Assembly (NCBI GenBank): GCA_024679065.1
Contig: JAGIQG010000013.1
Location: 23,932,001-23,996,000 of the forward strand
Direction of reading: 5' to 3'
Length of the DNA stretch: 64,000 bases
From: Sphyrna mokarran
Taxonomy: Eukaryota
A program made the position numbers and the translations under genes. Shown here one piece after another: positions 53,616-63,222 of this stretch. Each line of letters begins with the position of its first letter. Position 1 is the first letter of the stretch. Below the pieces are notes generated by a model. That model did no database searches. It saw only the letters and a list, made by a program, of their open reading frames with translations, and was not told the origin of the DNA.

Positions 53616-54375
53616 AAGTAAGTAAAAGATGCAAGTAAGATTGCTGGCGCATTCAGACAAAGGTAGGGTATAATAATCATAAACTGTAGTAAAGAAACAC
53701 TTCTGAAAATATTAACAGAACAGTAGATGAACTACATGTATCCAAGTTAATTGAAGAAAATCAGAGAGAAGATTGAAGAGTGTTTAAGTACATTTTTTCT
53801 GCCATTCCTACCTATGAAAATTGGCGGTTAATTATACTGTTGAAGAATGGATAAAAGCCCTTTTCATCTAAAGTCATTAGAGAGAAAACTTTAAGAATCT
53901 TTAGTTTAATACAGAACTTATGGCTGTTTGGAATCTATCAAGACAGTGAGGATAGATTTGTTAAAGACATGCAATTCTTGACAAATGTAATAAAGTTTTA
54001 CAATAAATGATTTATTGGATAAGTCAAGAGAATGCAGTAGCTGTGGAGGGTATAGTTTTCTAGAAGGCAATCAGTGGTTTGTCTGACAGGAGATTTGTTG
54101 CAACAATGCAGATGTAAAAGGAAATGGGTCATCATTTTCACAAAGTAATGTGATATACGGAAAACAAAATTAGCATAGAATTGGAGAATGGAATCACGTG
54201 ATGTTTCTACAGTAGAGGCTCTCAAATGTGGGGCCTCCCAGGAATCTGTGAGAAAATTCCCGAGGGGACAGCTGATACCAGAAATTGGGAGCTCTCAATA
54301 GCAGAGGCAAAGAGGGCTGGGTCAGCCAGGGCTCTGGGTACCAGGGGCAGCCAAGGCTGCTTCTAAATACAACTC

Positions 54376-54578
54376 CCACTTATCTGATGAAGGAGCATAC
54401 TCCAAAAGCTGGTGGCATTTGCTATCAAATAAACCTGTTGGGCTTTAATCTGGTGTCGTGAGACTTCTTACTGTGCTTACCCTAGTCCAACACTGGCATC
54501 TTCACACCAGAAGATGGCTTTTGCTACCAAATAAACCTGTTGGACTTTAACATAGTGTTGTGAGACTTCTTGCTATGT
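54376..54578 (+). mobile_element. Penelope-like pLTR tandem fragment with an inactivated hammerhead
   Basis: CTGATGA-a-ggag(cata)ctcc-AAAA-gct; two tandem tttgcta.caaataaacctgttgg units. Confidence 0.75.
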
Positions 54579-54759
54579 TTTGTTGGTAGAAGCCGGGGCT
54601 CTGGGTACTGGGTTCTAGGTAATATTTTTATACACAAAAGAAAATAAAAAAAAAATTCATGATTTCTTTATAACACTGGAAGGAAGAAGAAGGTTGAGTT
54701 CCACTGATGTGGAGTCAATACTCGGTCTTATTTTTGCTCCTGGTTTACATACAGGTCAT

Positions 54760-55810
54760 TAGGATTTAAACCCAGGGACATTATATTGACATTTTCTGAA
54801 GATTCATCTATGATTTGGCAAGCAGCAAGAAGAATGGACAAAATACTTTAGGAAGATAGCAGGCAAATACAAGTTAATGCGGAAAAGTATGAAGTAATGT
54901 GTTTGATGTGGGAACACAATGACAATATAAAATCAGTGGAAATTTTGAAGAATGTGGAGGACTGAGCAAGTCAAGGAACTCAAGGGCATAATTTTTTTAA
55001 AATGGAAATACTGGTAGATAAAGTATTATTAAAGTCAGCAGCATTTTGTGATTTAGAAATATGATTGTAGAATACAAGAATAAAAAGGTAATGACAAATT
55101 TGTAGATGACCACATTTATGTCACTGTTAGAGTGATAATGTGTATGCAATTTTGAGTATCTTATTATGGAAAGGATATTAAAGCCAACAGATGAATTGGG
55201 CTGTTAAGATTGGGAAACATTATTAATAATGGGCTAATATATATTTATACACTTTATAATATTGTATTTGGTTAGGAAGCAAAGTGACACAGTGATTAGC
55301 ACTGCTGTCTCACAGTGCCAGGGGCCTGAGTTCAATTCCTGTTTTTGGGTCACTGCCTGCGTGGAGTTTGCACATTCTCTCTATATCAGCATGGGTTTCC
55401 TTCGGCTACTCAGGTTAGGTGCAAGTTAGGTGCATCAGCCATGCTAAATTCTCCCTTAGCATACCCGAACAGGTGCCAAAGTGTGGCGACCAGGGGACTT
55501 TTACAATAACTTCATGGCAGTGTTAGTGTAAGCCTACCTGTGACTAATAAATAAACTTTAACATTTTAATTTAATAGTGAGGCATTATCAGTTTAACAGA
55601 AAGGCAGAGACAAGTTAGGGAAATGTATTTTATTCAGGAATAGTTGAAGCAGAGATTAAGGCATCTTTTAAGGAAAACTTGAATTATAATTGGAAGAAAG
55701 GAGGAAAGACGATAAGGAGTGAGAAGGGGAATAGATTGGTTTGGGATTATTCTTGTGAAGAGCCAGATTAGAGGTAATGGGCTGAGTAATGGTTCACGTT
55801 GCTTCAAGCC
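54760..55810 (+). mobile_element. Very old CR1 remnant with a nested HE1 SINE (55275-55560)
   Basis: Degenerate CR1 3' motifs; the SINE core is clear. Confidence 0.55.
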
Positions 55811-56041
55811 TGAATTCTTTATTTTGCTAAAATGTGAAAGTATTTGGATAAATGCTATTGATGTAATTCAATTCAATACCTGCATTTTAATATATATTTT
55901 TAATTACACCAGAGCTTTGATAAAAATATTATCGTTATTTAAAATCACAAGATACGAAAGTCTTAACCAAATAAAAACATTGCCAAATCTTTTATTTGTT
56001 AAGATTTTCCAATAATTTCAAGGAAATGACTTCCTCCTTAC

Positions 56042-56530
56042 CTGTATCAAAGTTTACTGCTTGTGCCATTTCAAGCGCACCATGAAAAGCTCCAGTCCAT
56101 GACGAACCAGCAGCTGGAGTAGTAGGGTCCGTCTTTGTGATCTCACCTGGCGCTGTGGTAATCCTGGCTGCCCTCACTGATGGTACCAAGAATGAGCCAT
56201 AACACGGGTCGAGATGCGGGCTGTGATGGTGGGCGTGGGCATGTGGGTGGTGCATATGTGGGTAAACCTCATGCACAAGCGGATAGCTGGAACTCCCCTG
56301 GGACGCCAGTGTGTAGGGCCATGGCTCAGCAGCGGAGGGCGGGGCGCTGGCCTGGTGTAGTCCATGTCCAGGCCAAGCCATGGGATCTGGCGAGTGAAAC
56401 ACCGCACCGGACGCAGTAGAGATCTCGGGGTGATTTGCATTCAGAGGCGGTGGTGCTGGGGCTTGGTAGGTGCTGCTCCAGAAAGAAGCAGGGAAATTGT
56501 TCTTCTGACTTGGAGGGAATGGCGATCCTT
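56042..56530 (-). CDS. VGLL3: Vestigial-like protein 3, coding exon 3
   Basis: Acceptor tttttcag|AA, donor ACAG|gtaagg, phase 1/1. Encodes NFPASFWSSTYQ, DPMAWPGHGLHQ, a His-rich tract, LDPCYG..L.PSV.AARI, ITKTDPTT and W.GAFHG...FDT, all characteristic of VGLL3. Confidence 0.9.
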
Positions 56531-57752
56531 CTGAAAAAGGAGGAAAAAAATAAGGACATTAAAATTTGCCAGATCCTTTGAATGTAATGTGCAAAATACT
56601 ACTGTACAGATACAATAGTCGGATGGACAATAGAGTGACTGCAAACAACTGGGATCAATAGAGGCAACAGCAGGTTGTTTGCTGAAATATTATGCAACAA
56701 ATAGAAGCTACATCCAATATAAATCTTCCCAATCGCGGCTAACCACGATTGAGAAATGGGGCATTCGGTGTAATTGGATTCTTAAATCGAAGTTGACGTG
56801 AACTATAGTGAATCTCCGGATAGCCTGAAGCTTTTTACCGCTCAGCGTCTCTGCACAAGGTTCACTTCAACCGAGCCCCGGGGAAAACAACAGTGTTTGA
56901 CAGTGGAATAAATCTCCCACACTGCAAGTGAGCGCAGAGTGTAGGATTTTAGCCTGATCGGAAGTCTTCCCCAGCGATCAGTTAGTTAGCAGCCTGCCTC
57001 CGCTGCTAACTCCTTTTCCTAACTCGGATGCACCAGCCAGGTTTCCCCCACTTTGCCTCCACTGGCACCTTGTTACGCCACGCAAACATTAAAGGTGTAA
57101 AAAGGCAGGCTCTCCAAACTTAACGGCAGGCTCCGCTTATTAAGATTACATTAAGATGCAAGAAAATAAACTGAGAATTAGATTTAGTGGAAGGGCAGGG
57201 CAGTTGCGAGGTAGAAGGTGTCAGTGTGACGGGAGCAGGTAATTTATTATTATTATAATCACAGTGTGAGTAAAACTGGATGGATTCTGCACACCCTCTA
57301 TTACAGGAGAGTCAAGGCAAAAAAAGTGCGATCCCATTTCAAAGAGGAGTAGCCGACCTTTAAACTATCAAATAGAGAGTATTCAATAATCCCACTGGCA
57401 CCACAAATCTTTTATTGCTGTTTGCAAGATGTAATAATTTATCAATATGAGTATGATAAATAATACTGGATTGGGTCTATAATTCGGTCAAATATTGCCC
57501 CAGATGGCACACTTTAATTAAAACTAACATTCCCTTTTGAACCTGCTACAAATAAATATTCATAGGTGTAAGTCTTCCTCCGCTAACCATAAGTACTCCT
57601 TGGTCAAGTTTCTCATTTAGTCCAATTTCTTTACACACTCAGTAAATCCCTCAACATTTCTCCACACTAATTCTTTGCCAATAAGCTGCTAAATAAGCGA
57701 CCATCAGTTCATTAGAGTGGCAGTGTTTATTTGCAGAGATTGTTTGCCCCAC

Positions 57753-58005
57753 CTTTCCACACGGAGCTGGAGGAAGCCTGGGGCTTTGAGCTCGGGCTGT
57801 CGCTCCCGTGGAAGTTGCTGGGCTGACTGAGGGCTCTGCTGAAATGTTCGTCCACCACGGCGCCGATGTCCCCCTGGAAGTAGGTGAGCAGTACGCATCT
57901 GGAGCTGATGTACTCGGCCTCGGGAGGCTGCTCCTTCTCGCTTTCTTTGCTGGGCGGGTTGTTCTCCATCGACTCTTGCATCTTCCCGGGCCGGGCTAAC
58001 TTCTG
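57753..58005 (-). CDS. VGLL3: Vestigial-like protein 3, coding exon 2 (TONDU/TEAD-binding domain)
   Basis: SRCVLLTYFQGDIGAVVDEHFSRAL; acceptor ttgcag|CAGAAG, donor AAG|gtgggg, phase 0/1. Confidence 0.93.
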
Positions 58006-58299
58006 CTGCAAGTTGAACAAGGGAGCAAACGGCAACAAGAGTTAGGACACAAATCTCTCTCCCTCTCTCACTCCGCGAGCAAGTTGCACTTTTACTGCAC
58101 CCCACGGCGCTTACAAAAGGACTGTCCCGTTATTAGAAATACAAAATACAATATTCGCTTTCCTTATCAAAACTTCACAAATTGAACTTCCTATTGATTT
58201 TGTCCAAAGAGAGAATCAGAAAGTCATTTGAATGTGCAGTGGCACTTCAATTCCAATTCTAATTCTATCCTTTAATAATATATTTCTGCAACCTCCTTT

Positions 58300-58410
58300 C
58301 TTTCTCCCCTATGTGTTTTATGAATAGTATGTTTTGTCTGTACAGAGCGCAGGAAACAATGCTTTTCACTGTACACCAATAATGTGACAATAATAATAAA
58401 TCAAATAAAA
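58300..58410 (+). mobile_element. Rex-type LINE tail
   Basis: gcgca.gaaacaat.cttttcactgta...aataataaatcaaat. Confidence 0.7.
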
Positions 58411-58574
58411 AAATCCAATATATCAGTGAGATGATAAAACTTGCTGAACAAATTAATATTTAAATCCTATTTCTGTATAGTCGATATTAACTATGATTTG
58501 TATATTTAGTGATATAAATGTATTAGGGTCCAGTGTAGATTACAAAGCCGAGTTATGATAACAAAGGGCCATAA

Positions 58575-58845
58575 GCAGCGTTACGGCCTCGTATGCTCAT
58601 AGCGCCAAGGACCTGGATTCGAGTCCCGATTTAGATCTGTATATTCTCCCCGTGTCTGCGTGGGTTTCCTCCGGGTGTTCTGGTTTCTTCCCACAGTCTG
58701 AAAGACATGCTGGTTAGGTGCATTAGGCATTCTAAATTCTCCTCAGTGTACACGAATAGGCGCTGGAGTGTGGCAACTAGAGGATTTTCACAGACACTTT
58801 ACTGTAGTGTTAATGTAATCCCACTTGTGACACTGATATTTAAAC
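58575..58845 (+). mobile_element. HE1-type SINE in VGLL3 intron 1
   Basis: Core plus alternative tail. Confidence 0.85.
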
Positions 58846-59349
58846 TATAAAGGATTTATGTACCTCAGCATTGTGTACACAATGTAGGATGTCATGAAAA
58901 AATCCGATCCTTTAAATAACAGAAAAGGGCCCGACCTCCAAGATTCCAAAAACTTCTTCTGCTCCCTGCTGCTGGGATATCATTCTCCTTCATATCCAGA
59001 GTCAATCCCTTGAAAATGTCGCGTTCCCACGGCTTGTTACTGTGGTCTAGCCTGTCTGCTTGCAGAACTATTCACATCTTGAATGAGTTTAGCGTGGCAG
59101 CATTTACATTTCACCATTACACCTTATCCAAATCACTGCTGCAAATTGCAGCTCGATCCTAGCTCGGTCGCTTTATTCACGTGAGTTCTGCCACTTGGAT
59201 TAATGGTGGCTTATTGTTCACTGATTCACACTGGGTTATTCCAGTACCTACTGGAGGTACAGTTGTTGATTGATTTAATATCTGTCCCGGGTTGAGGGAG
59301 TGATTCAAGGACCATTTCCAAACAAAAAAAAAAGCAGATGCCAACATCA

Positions 59350-59432
59350 GTTCTGAAGAAGTCATACTGAATTCGAAAAGTTAATTCTGTTTCTCTCCAT
59401 CTCTTTTTGCCCAGATGCTGCCAGACCAGCTG
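59350..59432 (+). mobile_element. Penelope-like end with hammerhead boxes
   Basis: CTGAAGA-agtcatactgaattc-GAAA..tta...cagatgctgccagacc. Confidence 0.6.
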
Positions 59433-60181
59433 GGGGAGGGGTGGGGGTAGAAGCGGGTTTCTCCCTCAGCAATTGTTGTGTTGATTTCACTATTACTGCA
59501 AAATGGGCAGCAGCTGCATTTCCAATTGCATTCGGTTGTAACTTTTGCACCGCACAATTGTCAGACAGGCTCCAAGGATCTCTTTTTTTTTACACAGAAG
59601 GTGTTTTCCCAGAAGATAGAAATCGGAATGTATGTGTGTCACGAAGAAAAATAAAGTTAGATTCGTTTAATTTTTTTTAAGTGATCCTTTGATCAGGTGG
59701 GAAACTCGTTCGACATTAATCAAAACAGGGCTGTTTTATCCTGACAGTTGCACACGCGGGGAGTAAGTGAATGAAATATAATTCTTGGGGATAACACATG
59801 GACAAATGAGACGGGCCCCGGTTTTCCATTCCTGCGAGTGCTTTTGGGTTGAGGGCTGAAACACTGGGAGAGAAACACACCCACCCCTCCGACCCACGGG
59901 CTGCTATGCAGAGAATTTCAGAGCAATCTTGTCAGACATATCCGAGAGGTCGCGTCATGTGTTGTCAAACGGAATGAAGAAACCGCAGCGGAATTTGACA
60001 GCTGACTCACAGCCAGTTTACAAGGCAGCTGCTATTTCGCCTCTCTTTCTCACCCTCCCCTTGTCTCCCCCCCCCCCCAACCCTTTACACCTTCTCTCTC
60101 GCCCTCTCCTGCCTTCACCTCGTTTGTCTCAATCAGATGCCCGTCTGGTTGCTGGGTGGCTAAGGCTGGCACTGCCCTTAC

Positions 60182-60298
60182 CTGCTGTGACTGATGGTGA
60201 CGGTAACAGGCTGTAGTGTAGGCTGCGGCGGCGGCGGCTGCTGGAAAGTACTGGTGCGCTCCATAAGACTGATGATACATAACATCCAGACAACTCAT
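60182..60298 (-). CDS. VGLL3: Vestigial-like protein 3, coding exon 1
   Basis: MSCLDVMYHQSYGAHQYFPAAAAAAAYTTACYRHHQSQQ; 39 codons, donor CAG|gtaagg, phase 0. Confidence 0.92.
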
Positions 60299-60539
60299 GA
60301 CCGACCCCACTTTCCGACCACTCGCATTTGTGGTGGATGGGCAGAGGGGTGGCGGGGAGGGGTGGGGAGGGGGAAGAGAGACTGGAATGGAGGGGGTGGG
60401 AGATACTGCTTCACTCTTAGAAGGGACTCGTCCCTCGCATCCTCGCTTTGTAAGTCCTCGCTGGAAGGTGGGGTGGGGGGGGGGGGGGGAGAGGCAGAGG
60501 GGGAGAAGAGAGAGTTAAAAAGTTCTGAACATTAAGACA

Positions 60540-60780
60540 ATACAAGCCTCCTCCGCCTGTCCGGTGCCGGGGATTCTTTGTAGAAAATTTTGGGGTCTGA
60601 TTGATGGGAACATCAGCAACTCCGCCTGCCCCACTCCTGATTGGACAAAACCCTGCCCTTTACTATTGGCCAGCACAGCAGCAAGCCCTTCCCACCCGCA
60701 ATACTGAAGCATTTCTCAATATTTAGACAGTTGTTACTTTTTTTTCCCCAACTTTTGCGCACTAGCTATTTTTAAACGGA
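60540..60780 (-). promoter_or_regulatory. Putative VGLL3 proximal promoter
   Basis: CpG-rich; two CCAAT boxes (attgg on + at ~60640 and ~60665), GC-box-like ctccgcc (~60551, ~60620), MEF2-consensus CTATTTTTAA at 60766-60775. Confidence 0.6.
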
Positions 60781-61049
60781 TTTACAACCACACTGGATAA
60801 GCTGCTGGATCAGTTCAACTGATTCTATTCTGTGGGCAGGATTGTGATGTGTTGACTATCTAAAGGGCCAGTGCCTATTCAATAAAGGCCACCAGAACCG
60901 AGTTTCCAAACTGATGCAAGGTGGGCAATTTCCAATGCACGGGCATTAGGGCAATTGAAGCAGATTTTAACAGCCCAAGGTGGCGGTACTGCTCTGAAAG
61001 ACATCTTGCTCGCATAGGACCTCGGCGTCACAACCTTGAGGTTTTGAAT

Positions 61050-61148
61050 CGACAACAGAACATGCGGGAAAATCTCAGCAACTCTGACAGCTTCTGTGGA
61101 GAAAGAAAAGAGCCAACCCTTCCAGTCTGTACGACCTTTCGTCAGGGT
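61050..61148 (-). mobile_element. Penelope-like end with a degenerate hammerhead
   Basis: Reverse complement: CTGACGA-aaggtcgtacagact-ggaa...ctgagattttcc. Confidence 0.6.
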
Positions 61149-61279
61149 CTTTTAAAGTTTAAAACGCTTAAAGTATTATAAAAAAAACGCTTACAGAGTT
61201 CTTCTTCACAAACCGATTGAATAAATAGACACACTACCAATTGATGCCTCATCTTGTTTGAGTTCGTCTGCTTGCAAGT

Positions 61280-62100
61280 AAACAGCCAGGCGTTCAGCGG
61301 TAATATTCTCACTGAGTTCAGAGAATGTAACAGGCTGGCACTAGTTTAAATGCGTTACCGCAATATTGGAGGTGACATCTTTTGAATGAGATGTTAAATT
61401 CAAGCTTTCCCTTTTCTGGTATCCTACAAACATCTTATGATGCTACTCAAAGAGCAAAGAAGTACTCCTTGATGTTCTAACCCAGATATATATCCCTCAG
61501 GCCATATCAAACCCAGATAATCAGCTTATTGCTGTTGGTGCACACGTTGCCTCTTATTTTTCCTCCGCTACAACACTTCACTTTAAGGGCAGCACAAGTG
61601 GCGCAGTGGTTAACACTGATGCTTCACAGTGCCATATGGAATTTGCATGTTCTCCTTGTCTCTGCATGGGTTTCCTCAGGGTTCTCTGGATTTCTCCTAC
61701 AGTTCAAAGATATGCAGGTTAGGGGGAGTAGCAGGGCATAAACATAGGGCTATGGGTATAAGACCTTTGAAGGGGGATGGATGATCTATTGGAAAGTCGG
61801 TGTAGAATCGATGAAGCAAATGGCCTCCTTCCACATTCTATGATTCAAAGTACTTCATTGGCTCAAACAAGTTCACCAGGATGACCCTTCTTCAGACTGT
61901 CATCTAGACTCAAAACGTTAGCTCTATTTTTTTCTCCATAGTTGCTGGTAAACCTGCTGAGATTTTCCAGCATTTTCTGTTTTTGTTTCAGATTCTAGCA
62001 CCTGAAGTAATTTGCTTTTGTCACTGACTGTTAAGCTTTTGGAACGATTTGAGATCATGAAAGGGATTACAAAAAGGCAAATTCTTCCTCTTTTTTTCTA
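61280..62100 (+). mobile_element. Deu-domain SINE split by an HE1 SINE (61587-61845) and a Penelope fragment (61880-62020)
   Basis: gaatgagatgttaaa, tatatccctca, ttgctgttggtg, caaagtacttcattggct, L2-like tail. Confidence 0.6.
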
Positions 62101-62104
62101 TCAC

Positions 62105-62360
62105 TTTGTACACAGCAAGATCCCACTAGGAAATGGTGTAACAGAGCATTTTTTAAAAAGTCATTTTGATTGTTTTTATTTTGATCGTTATTTTTCACAT
62201 TATGATATAAAATCGTTTCTGTTGCACTTAGAGATCAAAGATGAACTTGGTGTAACATCTTACCAAGAGATGGCACTCCCAGCAATGCAGGAGATTATGT
62301 GCTCAATATCAAACCCATAATCTCTCATTCTGAGGCAAGATTGCTGCCACTAAACCAAGA
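62105..62360 (-). mobile_element. Deu-domain SINE remnant
   Basis: tacacagcaagatcccac..., taacatct.a.c.a.aga.ggcactcc, ctgaggca.ga.tgctgccact. Confidence 0.5.
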
Positions 62361-62877
62361 TTACATGCACTTCAAGATGCAATAACTGACTTGCACTGTC
62401 TATCAGACAGCTGCAAGCAGACCTCTTCAAGGAGGTTCTCACCTTAAGTAGGATCTGAGCCTCTTGCCAAATAATTCCTGTTGTCATGGAACTGCTTTGG
62501 CAATAAATTCAATCTGTCTGTATTTGCCATGCAGTTCTTCTCTACCACCACTAAAGGTTCCATTTGGAAAATACTTTGTACTAAAAATATAATCTGTCTA
62601 GCTTTCTGAGCACAGAGGGTGTAGGGACAGCACTTAACTCATGATTGTAGCATGGGACCAAGTGTGTTCTGTATAACTGGAGGTCTCTGCTCCTTAACAG
62701 TTGTCCCTTACCATGGAGCCAAGCAACATTGCACAGAGTGCCTTGTGCAGTCAACTCTCTGTTCTTAAAGGCAGGCTTCCCCTCCTAAAATGAAGTGGCA
62801 CTGAAGAATGAGGCTGGAATTTCTTTTAAAAATGGCAGAGAAATATTAGGACAGAAAGAGAGAGAATTTTTGAAAAT

Positions 62878-63222
62878 GGGGTAGCATAGTGGCACAGTGG
62901 TTAGCACTGCTGCCTCACACACCAGGGATCTGGATTCAATCCGTCTGTGTGAAGTTTGCACTTTCTCCTCGTGTCTATGTGGGTTTCCTCCTTGTGCTCT
63001 GCTTCCCTCCCACACCCCAAAGATATACAGATTAGATGGATTGGCCATGCAAAATTGCCCCTTAGTGCCCCAAGGTCTTTAGGTTAGATGGATTAGCCAT
63101 GGTAAATGTGTGAGATTATGGGAATAAAGCAGGGAAGTGAGCCTGGGAAGGATACTCTGTCAAAGAGTCAGCACAGATTCTATCAGCCAAATGACTTTTA
63201 TGCACTGTAAGGATTCTATGAT
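62878..63222 (+). mobile_element. HE1-type SINE
   Basis: Full head; tail tgcactgtaaggattctatgatt. Confidence 0.88.

Noticed and set aside
56042-60298. Calling the gene VGLL2 because of the ROS1-like neighbour
   Set aside because: Exon 3 motifs (WPGH.LHQ, ITKT.PTT, W.GAFHG, FDT) and YGA.QY match VGLL3; phylogeny is still needed to be certain.
60299-60310. GTG-initiated N-terminal extension (MGSV) in the ORF track
   Set aside because: The ATG at 60298 matches the conserved MSC start of the family.
1132-63082. Recurrent short ORFs such as VAQWLALLPHS.RD.G and CEAAVLTTVP as a peptide family
   Set aside because: They are translations of SINE copies with inconsistent frames and starts.
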